Shown one piece after another: positions 12,181 to 25,434 of a stretch of DNA of 64,000 nt. Every line of letters starts with the position of its first letter. The first letter of the stretch is position 1. The stretch is from Lama guanicoe. Lineage: Eukaryota. Made by a program: the position numbers and the translations under genes. The notes beneath the pieces were generated by a model. That model saw only the letters and a list, made by a program, of their open reading frames with translations, made no database searches and had not been told where the DNA came from. The DNA lies in contig MU053559.1 of the NCBI GenBank assembly GCA_013239625.1, positions 2,091,205 to 2,155,204 on the forward strand. The letters run 5' to 3'.

Positions 12181-13004
12181 ATACAAACAGCTCATACAGC
12201 TCAATATCAAAAAAACAAACAACCCAATCAAAAAATGGGCAAAAGACCTAAATAGACATTTCTCTAAAGAAGACATACAGATGGTCAACAGGCACATGAA
12301 AAGATGCTCAGCATTGCTAATTATTAAAGAAATGCAAATCGAAACTATAATGAGGTATCACCTCACACTGGTCAGAACGGACATCATTAAAAAGTCTACA
12401 AATAATAAATGCTGGGAAGGGTGTGGAGAAAAGGGAACCCTCCTACACTGCTGGTGGGAATGTAAATTGGAGCAGCCACTATAGAGGACAGTATGGAGGC
12501 TCCTTAAAAAGCTAAAACCAGAGTTACCATATGATGCAGCAATCCCACTTCTGGGCATACATCCAGAAAAACTACAATTTGAAAAGATGCTTGCACTCCA
12601 ATGTTCATAGCAGCACTATTTACAACAGCCAAGACATAGAAGCAACCTAAATGTCCATTGACAGATGAATGGATAGGCTGTGAGATGTATGTAGATATAT
12701 AGATATAGATATCTATCTATATATATAGACATATATAGATATACATAATGGAATATTACTCAGGCATAAAAAATAATAAAATAATGCGATTTTCAGCAAC
12801 ATGGATGGGCCTCAAGATTATCATACTAAGTGAAGTAAGACAGAAAATGACAAATATCATATGATATCACTTATATGTTGAATCTGAAAAAAAAGATACA
12901 AGTGAACTTATTTACAAAACAGAAACAGACTTACAGACAGAAAATAAATATATGATTACCAGGGAGGGAAGGGGTGGGAAGGGATACACTGGGAAAAATT
13001 TTTT
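12181..13004 (+). mobile_element. L1 fragment (ORF2 end plus 3'UTR), truncated at both ends
   Basis: ORF2 C-terminal peptide [43 protein letters not shown]; perfect 14-bp TSD aagtgcaatttata at 12167-12180 and 13005-13018. Confidence 0.92.
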
Positions 13005-13041
13005 AAGTGCAATTTATATCACAAACAAAGGGTTAATTCTG

Positions 13042-13651
13042 CCCACTCCTGGGCATATATCCAGAAGGAACCCTACTTCAGAATGACATCTGCACCCCAA
13101 TGTTCATAGCAGCACTATTTACAATCGCCAAGACATGGAAACAGCCTAAATGTCCATCAACAGATGACTGAATAAAGAAGATGTGGTATATTTATGTGGT
13201 ATATTGACGGAATACTATTCAGCCATAAAAACCAACAACATAATGTCATTTGCAGCAACATGGATGTTCCTGGAGAATGTCATTCTAAGTGAAGTAAGCC
13301 AGAAAGAGAAAGAAAAATACCATATGAGATCGCTCATATGTGGAATCTACAAACAAAAAAAGAACATAAATACAAAACAGAAACAGACTCACAGACATAG
13401 AATACAAACTTGTGGTTGCCAAGGGGGCGGGGGGTGGGAAGGGACAGACTGGGATTTCAAAATGTAGAATAGATAAACAAGATTATACTGTACAGCACAG
13501 GGAAAAATATACAAGATCCTGTGGTAGCTCACAGAGGAAAAAAATGTGACAAAATATGTATGTTCACGTATAACTGAAAAATTGTGCTCTACACTGGAAT
13601 TTGACACAACATTGTAAAAAGACTATAACTCAATAAAAAGAAGTTTTAAAA
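13042..13651 (+). mobile_element. Young L1 3' end
   Basis: ORF2 terminus EYYSAIK..MSFAATWMFLENVILSEVSQ; 3'UTR with AATAAA and A-tail; perfect 15-bp TSD aaagggttaattctg at 13027-13041 and 13652-13666. Confidence 0.95.
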
Positions 13652-14614
13652 AAAGGGTTAATTCTGTGTTTTAGTTATTCATGTTAATCCCTGAAACAGC
13701 CCCTACTCCACTGAGGATCAGGTCTATAAAGCAAATATAGAAGCAGCAAAACAAAACTTTGGGACCATTTTGGAAGACAAAGTAGCATATGATTAGACAA
13801 TCATTTGGCAGACAAACCCAGTATTTCATCCGAATAAAGAAAGCATATTAACCAAACCAACAACTTTGAAGAACACTTAACAGAGACACAAAATAGCCTC
13901 ACTCCTTCTATAAACATTAAATATTTCAATTCTAAATAATCCTGTTCCCACTATGGTTGTGGCTTTCCTTTATCCTGGCTCTCTCACCTAGAATTATGGT
14001 AAACATGAAAGACCTTTGGACATGCTCAGAACTTGGTTAAAATTCTAGGTTACAATTTATTCTTGTGAACAGAGACTGAAACTGACCATATATCCCTGCT
14101 CCACTTCTTTAAGAGCCCTTTTTATACTCGCGTAGTCTTGGAAGTTTGGGAATGACCTGTGTGAGCCTGGAGTTAGGTTTGGGCTGTCTGTGGGCAGTAA
14201 CAGCCACAGCATCCCCAGGGGACCCTTGACCTTCACACTGCCCCAGCCTGGTTAAGTTTCCCCAGATCATTTGGAAAATGGTCATGGAGCAGGAATGCTT
14301 AACTGATCCCAAGTGGTAAAGGACCACAGGTTTCAGGCTGTGCTCTGAAAAACCTTACCACAGCTAGGATTATAAGTCATTTCAGCTGCCAATTGAGGAA
14401 AATTCCATTAAGTTGTGTTCACCAGGATATATACATATTGTTTGACTTACTGTCATTTGTTTTGCTTTTCAGTACATTTAAAATCATTTGCCAGAGAATG
14501 TACAGCTCTTGTCTAAATGTATTTTGGTTAAATTTATAGTTAAATTGACACTAATTCAACAAGCATTAAAAGTTTTATTTTTTGGATGTACTCTGTATGT
14601 GAATGTAGTCTTTA

Positions 14615-14785
14615 AATGACAAGAACAAAGGAAGAAAGGAAGAAAGGAAGAAAGAGAAAAAAGAAAAGAAGGAAGGAAGGAAAGAAAGAGAAAGAAAGAA
14701 AAGAAAAGGAAAGGAAAGAAAAAGAAAGAAAGAATTTATCAGGGAGAGAGGGAGGGCAGGAAGGAAAAAATGAAAACAGGAGAAA
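14615..14785. repeat. GA-rich low-complexity/microsatellite tract
   Basis: Runs of gaaa/ggaa units. Confidence 0.9.
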
Positions 14786-15619
14786 CACATATAAGCAATG
14801 AGGCATTTACCACAAGCAGGAGAATTTTCCAATAAACTACCACAGTAAACTTGCTTCTGCCTCTGGCAAAATCTATGGATCAAACGTTTGGTTTGTCACT
14901 GTTGGTTTGGAAATCAAATGCGAGTGTGTTACCGCTTCCAGGCTAAGCTGAGAGGGATATTCAAAGCACTACCACTCAGCCCTGTAAGCTATAGGTAAGA
15001 ATGACTGCTGGGACACAGTGTCAAGAATGCTGTCCTTCTGGGCATCTGGGAACATATCCAAAAACATACCTGAGAATGTATCCCTGTTTACCTTATTGGT
15101 GATTTTTAATGGATGTATTTTAAAGGATACAAATGATGGGAAAAAAACAAGGTAGATGGCAAAGTAGGGCCTTAGTGATTTCAGTCTCCTGGACTCCTTC
15201 CTTTCCCTATTGGGAGTTTCAAGAGTTCTCATGAGCTCCCCCATCACTTTCATTCTTTTCCTCAATCAATCCATGACATTAATTGCTTTAGGAATGTGAA
15301 GATGCAAATAACCAAGGATGAAAGAGATTATTAGCTCCTTAGGGAACTACATTTCACCTATGATTTCAATCTATAAATAGACAAGTAAGACTGGATCAGC
15401 TCCTTATGAGAAAGAACCATTTTGATTAAGAGACTTGAAATTCCAAATTATAGTTTACCATTCATCACACCCATTCAAAAATTCATTTATTCACTTATTT
15501 AATCTTAGATTTATTTATTCATTTATTTATTTGATAAATACAAAGAGAGCATCAATCATATGCCAGCCATGGTACTATGTTCTTAGCTTCAAAGATAAAC
15601 CAGTAGGCAAAGCCTTCCT

Positions 15620-18600
15620 AGATATATAATATGAAATAATGGCTGAAAACTTCCCAAGTTTAGCAAAAGACACAAAGAAGTTGAGCAAATCCTAGAGAAA
15701 TCTATGCCATGACACATTAGGATTAAACTTTGAAAACTAGACAAAAAAAAAACTTCTTGAAAGCAGCTAGAGAAAATGATGTATTACCTGCACAGAAACA
15801 CCAATTTGAATGACAGGGGATTTCTCATCTGCAACCATGGAGGCCAGAAAGAACTTCTGAAAAAAAGGAACTGTCAACCATGAATTCTGCATCTGGCAAA
15901 ATGATCCTTTAGGAATGAAGGGAAAATAAAAAATAATCTCAGATAAAAGAAAATTAAAAGAATTTGTTGCTAGAAGGCTACTTTTAAAGATTGGCTGAAG
16001 GAAATTCTTCAAACAGAAAGGAAATAATTTTTAAAAGGAAGCTTAGAGCATCCAGAACAGAAGAGCAAGACTATGGGTAATACAATAGAATATGCTTTCC
16101 TTCATGAGTTTTATAACTCATGTTTAATGATTGAAACAAAAATTATAGTACCTATGATACTCAAGACAATGATATTTAAAAGTAGTGAAGGTAAAGTTAC
16201 CTAAATTGAAGTGAGGTTTCCACACTTCACTTAAAGTGGTAAAATGTTGATACAAGTAGACTGTTATAAGTCACATAAGTATATTATAATACTCAGAACA
16301 ACCACTACAGAAACTATAAAGAGAGATACATCAAAAAACACTAAAAATAAATCAAGATAGAATCCTGAAAGCTATTCAAGAAACCCATAAAAAAGCAAAA
16401 CACACAAGCAAAGGAATAAGACCCTGTGGAAATAAATAAAAAACAAATAACAAAATGACAAACTTAATGAAGTAGTAATATAATAATTACATATAAATCA
16501 TAGAAGTACACCAATCAAATCACATAGATGGGCAGACGGCATAAAAAAAAACACAGCCCAACTTTATGCTATTTTCAAGAAGCTCGCTCCAAATTCAGTG
16601 ACACAGGTAGGTAGAAAGTAAAAGGATACTAGAAGATAAACCATGCAAAGATTAATATGAAAAAGCAGAAGTGGCTATATTAAAACCTGATAAAGTGACT
16701 TCAGGTCAAATAAAAATTACTAGAGACAAAAAGGGACATCGCATAATGATAAAAGGATCAATCCACCAGGAAGACATAACAAATCTAAATTCAACAAGAG
16801 AATTTTCAAATACATAAAGCAAATAGTGATAGAGTTAAAAAAGGAGAAACAGACAAATCAACAATTATAATTGGAGACTTCTGATCTCTATGTCAATAAC
16901 TGATAGAAAATTACACAGAAAATCAGGAAAGATATAGAAGAATTCAACAATACTATCAACCAATGGAAAGCACTGGACGTTCATTGAACACTACACCGAG
17001 CAACAGCAGAAAACACATTCTTTTTAAGTGCCCATGGAATATATACCAATATAGACCACATCCTGGGTCATAAAACAAACATCAACAAATTTAAAAGAAC
17101 TGAAATCATAATGGAGTGTTTTCTCTGACCATGGTGGAATTAAACTAGAATTACCAGAAAGGTAAAGCAAATATCTCCAAACATTTAGAAATAAAATAAC
17201 ACACTCTTGAATAATCCATAAGCCAATGAAGAAATGGGAAAATATATTGAATTGAATGAGAATAAAAATATAGCATGTCAAAATTTGTGAGGCACAGCTA
17301 AAGCAGTAGAGAGAGAAATTTATAGCACTAAATGCTTACATTAGGAAAGAAGTAAAGTCTTAAATCAATAGTCGAAGCTCCCATCTCAAGAACCTGAAAA
17401 AATGAACAGGAACGTACTCCCAAGGCAAGCAAAGGAAAGGAAATAATAACGATAAGAGCAGAAAGCAACAAAATTGAGAACAAAAGAACAATAGAGAAAA
17501 TCAACAACACAAAGAGCTGGTTCTTCAAAAAGGTCACTGAAATTGACAAGCATCTAGCAAGACTCACAAAGAAAAAAGAAAGAAGACACCAATATCCGGA
17601 ATGAAATAAGGGATACGGCTGTGGATGCTGTAGGCATCAAAAGGATACTATGGGACTATTGCGAACAATTTTACAGGCATAAATTTGACAACTTCTATGA
17701 AATGGACCAATTCCTCGAAAAACACAAACTGTCACAACTAACCCATATAAAACAGAAAATTTGAATTGCCTTTTAACTATTTAGGAAATTGGACCTATAA
17801 TTTTAAAATTCTCATAAAATAAATGTCCAAGCCCACATGCCTTCCCTGGAGAATTCTTCCAAATATTTAAAGCAGAATCAACATCAGTTCCACACAGCTT
17901 CTTCTAGAAAACAAAAGAGAAGGAAATATATCCAATTCATTTTATGAAGCTAGTATTACCATGATATCAAAGCCAGAAAATGACTAAAAATAAGAAAACA
18001 GACCAATATCTCTCATGAATATAGATACAAAGATTCTCAACCCAGTATTAGCAAATGGAATTCAGCAATATATAAAAAGAATTATACCATGATCAAATAG
18101 GGTTTATTTCAGGTATGCAAAGCTAGTTCAATGTTCAGATAACAAAATAATCAATCAACAGGATGTAGACAAAAAATCATATGAAAATATCAATTGATAC
18201 AGAAAAAGCACTTGAAAAAATTCACCACACGTTCATGATAAAAAATTCTCAGAAAAATAGGAATAGAGGAAACTTGATAAAAAGCATCTACCAAAACCCT
18301 ACAGTTAACATTATACTTAATGGTGAAAGACTGAGTACATTCTTCCTAAGATCAGGAATAAGGTGAAGATATCTGCTCACAGCACTTTGATTTAACAGGA
18401 TGCTGGACGGTCTAGCTAGCTCAATAAGGCAAGAAAAAGAAAGAAAGTCATACAAATCATGAAGAAAAGAAAACAGTTTCTATTTGCAGATTGCGTGATA
18501 ATCTATGTAGAAAATCTCAAGGATTCTACAAAAAGAGCACAACTCCTAGAACTAATAAGTCAGTTCAGCAAGATTGCAGGACAAGATAAATATATAAAAA

Positions 18601-19255
18601 TCAATTGTACCCCTATACACTATCAATGAATATGTGAATGCTGAAATTTAAAAAAGATCATTTACAAAATCAGAGAAAAAAAGAAAAAAATATCATTCAC
18701 CATTGCTTAAAAAAAAAGTATTTAGAGTGACTTTCACCCCAAAAAAATGCATAGCATTTATATGCTGAAAAATATAAAATGCTGATGAAAGACATCAAAG
18801 AAGACCTCAATAAATGGAAATTCATGTCTTGTTCATGAATTTGAAGATAACATAGGGAAGATGTCAGTTCTCCCCAAATTGATATACATGTTTAATACAA
18901 TTTTTATCAAATCCCAGCCAGATTCTTTTTCTAGATACAGACAAGATTGTTCTGTATGGAAGTGCAAAGAAACCAGAATGGTTAAAACAGTTTTGGAAAA
19001 GAAGAGTTAAATAGGAAGAAACCGTCTACCTATTTCAAGACTTACTTATGGATACAATAATCAAGACTATGTGTTATTGGCAGAGGGATGGACACACAGA
19101 ACAGCAGAACGAATAGAGAATCTTGAACTAGACCCACACAAATACATCCAACTGACTTTCGTCAAAGGTGCAAAAGTAATTCAATGGGGAAATGATAGCC
19201 TTTTCAACAAATAGTGCTGAAGCAATTGGACATCCATAGGCAAATAAAAGTAATA
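15620..19255 (+). mobile_element. Old L1: decayed ORF1 C-terminus, inter-ORF region and most of ORF2
   Basis: ORF1 remnant gaaataatggctgaaaacttccca; EN and RT remnants including MKISIDTEKALEKIHHTFMIK and tatttgcagattgc (LFAD); many stops and frameshifts. Confidence 0.9.
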
Positions 19256-20233
19256 TGAACAGTAAGAGCTCAACTTTATTTTTTACATGCATGGAAAAAC
19301 TAGAGGGTTATTCAACGATCTGTTAACAATGATTGTTTTGGGGTTGTGGAATTATGGATGATTATTTCTTTTTTACACTATTCTGAACTTTTAAAATATT
19401 CATGATGAATATCTAAAGATGATACTCTCAGAAAAACAAACTATTTCATCTGAGCATCAAGGTAACAATTTTTTTTTAGAAATGTACAAAGAGAAAGATT
19501 GAAGCTATAGAGACAAATTAATTCTAGTAATATTTACATTTCAGCAAGGATGGAAAGGAGAGAGTTTTGGACTTCTGATATCATTTCTGCCAACTTTTCT
19601 TAGTTTCTCAGTTTCTAAAGACAGCTCCGCTACTAAGTAGAAGGACAATTCACTAGGTTGTAATGTTAAGAGGTCTAGTTTTTAAAACAAGATGGTTGGT
19701 GGATCTACATTTCTGAAAGTTATTCTTGTTTGAAGTATAGGAGAAGAAACTGAAAAGATAGAGCCTATGTGTGGTAATTAAGAATGAGGAGGAGTGGTGG
19801 AGTGGTGTTTAAAAAGTGAGACCAGAGACCCAGGTGAAAGGTAATGAGAACTGATATATGTAAGACAGTGGTTGTAAGAAGTGGCCAGGAATGAGCAATC
19901 ATTAACAAACAAATGAACAATATGATGAGTATAGAACTATGCAAAGTTTAAGATAAATCTCAACAATGCAAATCTACAAATCTTAACAATGCAAGTCTTA
20001 CTCTAACTCCTAAATATCTTTGGTGGTACTTGTATAGGTAATACATCTTCTCTCTGAACATTGTTGTAGAGTCTATCTTTTAAGCACTTTAACATTTCGT
20101 AGTTGCCAAAGGAAATGAAATACATGACTGGATGCTAATTTCCCTGAAATCAACAATTCCACTTTCACCAAAAGGATACAAGCCTATTATGTTTTGGAAA
20201 GACCACTACAATTTAATGATCTTTAAAAAAAAC

Positions 20234-20372
20234 CTTATGGTAGCTCACAGAGAAAAAAATGTGACAATGAATATATGTACGTTCATGTATAACTGAAAAA
20301 TTGTGCTCTATACTGGAATTTGACACAACATTGTAAAATGATTATAAATCAATAAAAAATGCTGGAAAAAAG
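20234..20372 (+). mobile_element. Young L1 3'-end fragment
   Basis: Near-identical to the 3' terminus of the L1 at 13042-13651. Confidence 0.9.
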
Positions 20373-20649
20373 TTTCTGTTGAACAGACAGAAGAATCAAA
20401 TTGTAGTAAGGAGGTTTACATCCTCTGACACACACATCCACAAAACCCCAACAATTTATGATAGTATATGGTTGTAATTAGTTTTTGTGAATATAAAATG
20501 AAAGCACTTATATTTAAAGTTAGTAACTCTTAGAAGGATTAAATATTAAATAAGATTCTCAGGATTTTAGTTTTGTGTTTTTCCTCTGTTCAATTTTGCA
20601 GTTTCTACCCTCAGGAAATAAAATTCTCAAAAAAAAATAGTAATTTGAT

Positions 20650-21100
20650 CGTATCCATTGGAGAATTTAATGCAGAGAGTTGATTACACAAGCGAGGCAG
20701 AAGCTGGGAGCCAAACAGAGCACACTGAGGGACCCCAGAGATTGTCAACAGTAAGACGCTCCCACCACCCCTCAACCAGAAGGACAAGGGATGAAGCCAT
20801 GTTACTGAAGCTCAGGGGCCAGGATTACCCAGAGGAAGCTGAAAATCCAGTAGCTTGTCTGGCAATAACTGAAACCACAGATGTAGCCACAGCTGGAAAA
20901 TCTGTCCAATTCAGAGAGAAAGGACATAAACACCCTAGCTTCTTTCTCATTCCCACCTTCCAATCTCCTACCAATGCCAAGTCCAGTTGCAAGCCAGATG
21001 ACTTGAGAGTCTGGATAATGTAGCCCATAGGAGTCAACTCCCTAGATAGAGAGCAGAGCTGGGGAAAGGCAAGAAACAGATGTGGGGGCAAACAAGCCAA
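20650..21100 (-). mobile_element. ERVL-class LTR (LTR41-like), probable 3' LTR of the adjacent internal remnant
   Basis: Resembles ERVL LTR consensus from memory; lies downstream of the minus-strand pol/dUTPase remnant. Confidence 0.5.
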
Positions 21101-21399
21101 TGATGAGCATAATCAGTCTTCTTAAGTAGCCAGCCTCCATTCTTACCTCATACCCACATTTAACAAATTCATGCTTCTGCCAGACATGAGACAACTGCCC
21201 ATGATATAACTCACGAGCTCTCTCCAACAAGGTGGGGGAGTGGGCAGAACGTTTCATTAGTCATTTTCCTATCTCAAGTCCAAGATTTCCAAGAATTAGG
21301 GAATCACTCTTATAAATACTAGAAGTGGCTCCTTGTAGTCTGTTGACCAGTAAGTTAAATTACCAGGTGCTTATTACCAACATTCCACATACAAAATAG

Positions 21400-22610
21400 T
21401 AGCAGGAGAGAAATGAAATGAAAAGAGAAATTGTTGGTGAATACAAGGATGTCTGGCTGCTACGATTCTTGTTCCTGTAACTGGGCAGGTGGCCATAGTT
21501 GACATTTATCACTTTTTTCTTCTACCGCATGTCTTGTTCTTCTTGCCCTCTCAACCAGCACATTGACTGGTTGGAGTTATTTACCCAGGGCGGGTGATCC
21601 AAATCCCTCATTCCTTTTCAGGAACTTTCTTTCAGAATCCTTGCTGCTCCTGTACTTAAATTGGGTTCCTATAGACTTTGATTGGCTTTTACTATCAGAC
21701 ACAGAAGTACTAAAAGATGCCCCCATGAATCTCTTGGGATTCAGACACAATCCCTTCAATCTCTGTTGTTAATCATGATCAATCACCTCAGCCAATATAC
21801 TCACCCTTTCTCTGCTTGTTCAGTGGTATGAGGAGCTCCAAATGCCAGGTGACAGTGTCAACTTCCAGTTTATAATGACACTGAGTGGAAGCATTTCTTC
21901 TCTGGGAACCAAGACTTGTGATACCCGCACAGCTAAACACAGTAGACAGGAAGTAAAGGTGATTATTAGATATGATCGTGAGAACGGCCATTCCCACATC
22001 TTCCCCTTAATTCCTGGACCCATGTCTTCCGTATAAGGGAGAAACATACCATATATGTTGGTCACTGGTTCAAGGCATATGCCACATCCTGAGGGAGGAC
22101 ATCCCATCTCCACAGAATGTGACCTCTCAGTTGGTACCATAACTGAATCTTAATTAAGACAGTCCTCCATTTTATCAGGCCAGCAGCTCCTGAGTGACGG
22201 GCTACAAGCCAACACCAGCAAACTGTAGTGGCATGATTTACTACTGTAACTTTCCTTGCAATAAAAAATGTCCCCTAGACAGACGCATCGTTGTGATAAC
22301 ATGATGATGAATCAGGCATTCCAGAAGCCCATGGATAGCAATGTTGAGAAGACAAATCTATACTCATAATAGTAAGAACAAAGTGTGGCCCCTCAATGAT
22401 GTGAAATGTAATCAACTTGATACCAAGTGGCTGGCTGGTGCCCCCAGAGAATGGTGCCAAACTGGGGGCTTGGTGGTGCCAAACTGGCCCCTGATTGGCT
22501 GGGCTCAGCACTGGCAGTGGCAGATCAGCTTTGGCAAGAGAAAGTCCACATTGTTGAGTCTTGCTAGTCTCTTAACACCAGAAGCTCGTCGATGTGAAAA
22601 CCTGACGGAT
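21400..22610 (-). mobile_element. ERV-L/MaLR-type internal remnant (integrase and dUTPase-like region)
   Basis: Minus-strand peptides VLVPREEMLP..INWKLTLSPG and LLIPLNKQ (dUTPase-like), NIYG and HFVLT (integrase), in ERV-L order; heavily frameshifted. Confidence 0.75.
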
Positions 22611-22699
22611 GCAGCCCACAGGGGATGGGTCCTCCTGGGTAGAGCAGGAGAATGGCAAGGAGTGATTCTGAAGGAATATAGGCCTGACTGACTGAAGAG

Positions 22700-23030
22700 A
22701 GAAAGTGGTTTCCCAGTTTTGTACTTCAGGTGACTGGGCAGACGGTAATCCACTGAGCTGAGGATACAGGAGTTTGGGAATGTGTTGAGTTTAAGGTGCC
22801 TAAGGGATGTCATTGTAAAGCTTAGACATCACCCACACACAAGCGACTGGCCTGGAAAAGAAGTCTGTGAGGAAGAAGTCAGAATGGTGTCTCAGGAACT
22901 AAGGGAGAAAGAACCGCCCAGAAAAAGAGAGTGGTCAAAAAGATCTCACTCACCTGAGTGGTCAAGTAAGATAAACCTGAAAAGATCCAAGAAAATTGAG
23001 CAATAGCAGATTGGTGGTGACCGTTGGCTG
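22700..23030 (-). mobile_element. L2 fragment
   Basis: tgttgagtttaaggtgcct; gagtggtcaa...gtcaagtaagataa. Confidence 0.6.
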
Positions 23031-23337
23031 GCTAAAAGTGGAAATGGATAACTCCTTAACTAAATCCTTCCTTTTCCTTCCTTTCTTTACTTCTCAGGTT
23101 ATATTTGTCTTGAAAATTTGATCAATTTGAGGGGAAATCACGTCCAATCCAAAGTTTAAGTGTTCATGTCCTGGAGGATGGAAAAGGCTCTACAAGCAAT
23201 TCATGAATCGCTTGTTGCTTCCGGAAGCTGTAAGAACTATGATCCTGCTGATCTGGTGACAGTTTTCTTCTTAGAGATAGTGTGTGAAAAACATTTATTC
23301 CTTGTTATTGAAGAGTCAATATAGTAACAAAAAATCC

Positions 23338-23418
23338 TTTTAATAGAGGTACTGGAGATTGAACCCAGGACCTCGTGCATGCTAAGCACGCGTTCTACCC
23401 CTGAATTAGACTCACCCC
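23338..23418 (-). mobile_element. tRNA-Ala-derived SINE (Vic-1-like)
   Basis: gaggtactggagattgaacccaggacctcgtgcatgctaagcacgcgttctacc. Confidence 0.9.
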
Positions 23419-25003
23419 CATAATAAAAATTTTTTTAATCTCTAATATAATGTTTAAAACCCTAAATCCTCTCATCCTGCCATTACTTTTTAAACTTTTT
23501 CTTTCATAAGTGTACTTTTGCTTGGTGGTAATTATATTATATAATTTTCTTTTAAATTAAGAGTCACAAAGTTAAAATAAAATGTTAGACGTTTGCACCA
23601 TCCTCCTGGGATCCTGAGAACTAAGAAATCTGGCCTTCGAAAATTGGGAAGCGTGGTGAGTTCTTAGGGTCCTTGGAAATCTAAAAGAGACTTTAGAGGT
23701 TACCTTATCCAACCCCTCATGTCAGATGACTGAACTGAGGCCCAGAGGAATAGAGTGGATTTATTTGAGGTCAGGAAGTACACACGGCAGGACCTTCTCT
23801 AGAAGCTAATGGATGCATTCATTTTTGTATTGTGCTGATAACCCACTCCACTAGAGGAAATCATACTTCATGACTCATGGTTTCTTGAATCAAGAGGCTA
23901 GGAAGTGTATTTTTTTCCTGTCTTAATTTTTGTTTTATTATTTTCTTTTAGATATCTACGCTTTAAGAAGCAATTTATAGAGCACATTTTTTGGACATGT
24001 AAGTCTATGGACGGCTCTTTGCAGGCCATCTGCTTTGAAAAAACCATTAGTAGAGCCCTTTCTTTTTACCAACAATCCCCGCTTCTCCAGTCCGCAACTC
24101 AAGGCACTCAATGACGATCTGTATATATATGGATCAAGATGATAGAAAAGTGGTGGTGATGGGAAGGGGAAGTAAGGAGGCAGCCCCACTGTAAATTAGG
24201 ACACAGCAGTGACTATTTTTCTTAGTTTGACTCCAGCCTGGGGCTTTCTAAATAAGCACTGCAAAAGCATCTCCCCAAGTGACGCAATGAGGAAAATGAT
24301 GCAGAATGAATAGACGCCTGACCTGGAGCATGACAGATGAACAGGCTGAAAACTCCCACTCCCATCAGAGGCTCTAAGGATTTATTACTCATAGCTTTTC
24401 ATTTCCATGGAATCTTTCATTTGATACCCGCTAACTCTTAACAAAAATACTCTTATAGAAAAATGTCCATATTTGCCTGATTAGGTGCTGAAGTCACATG
24501 GACTTTCAGCATCCGGTGATCTGATCGTGTGATCGCGTTTGATATTTAATTTGATGGGACTGTACGAAGCACGGAGCCCGGGCTCTGCAGCACAGCAAAA
24601 CACGAAGCTGGATATTTGACTGTTGCCATTCCATGCCTACACTGTCTCTCAGAAAAGAGAGGGTGGAGGGGATTATTGTGTTTTATAGATTTAGTCCCTG
24701 TAATTAACACCCTGGTCAGTCAAGAGCTTGCCTTTTTATCATTTAAATACACTTCAAAGAGAAGTCAAAATTCTTTGGACTATAAAGTTCGCAGTGAGCT
24801 GTTTCACCTTCTTTATTGGTTTCGGGGACCACTTATGTTATTTTTTTCTTCTCTTTTTCTCCATCAAGTTCTTCTAACAAGAGATAAGAAACAAAAATAG
24901 CCATACTCAATGACACAGAATCTAACAATAACCATCAACTAAAGAGCACTCTAGTCACACTCAAGCTCTAAGTGGAAGGACAAAAGATAGGAAGAAACCT
25001 TTA

Positions 25004-25158
25004 AAAAATGTTTTTTGGGGGGGCAGGTAATCGAATAAACCAAAGTTTGTTCTTTTATTATCATTATTAGTATTATTTTAAATGGAGGTACGGGGGATTG
25101 AACCCAAGACCTCCTGCATTCTAAACATGCACTCTACCACTGAGCTATACCCTCCCTC
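25004..25158 (-). mobile_element. tRNA-Ala-derived SINE (Vic-1-like)
   Basis: tRNA-like head plus tail; flanks gaagaaacctt / gaagaaatctt. Confidence 0.9.
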
Positions 25159-25434
25159 AAGAAGAAATCTTAATAATCAACAAGTATTTATTTATCTCTT
25201 AGGAACCATCATTTATTCAACGGAATGTTGTTGAGCATCAATCCTGTGCCAGACATGATGCAAGATTCTTCAAGTTCAGAGGTGAACAAGAAAGATCCTG
25301 ATCTTACCCTTAGGGAAATAGTCAGGTGTCCTGGCCTCAGCCTGATTTCTATATTTCTTTTAGTTTCATCTTTCCTTTCAGTTATAGGTCCGTACCAAGA
25401 GAAAAATCGCCTACTAATGTGGTTTCTTTCCTAA

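Larger units (their letters stand above)
11030..13041 (+). mobile_element. Ancient L1 ORF2 fragment acting as host, interrupted by younger insertions
   Basis: Decayed ORF2 motifs (attcttggatgggaagactcaat, ggaacagaag, tttatgataaaggtag); the sequence resumes across each TSD pair. Confidence 0.65.

Noticed and set aside
14575..14883. K/E/R-rich and F/L/S-rich ORFs
   Set aside because: They are translations of the GA-rich simple repeat.
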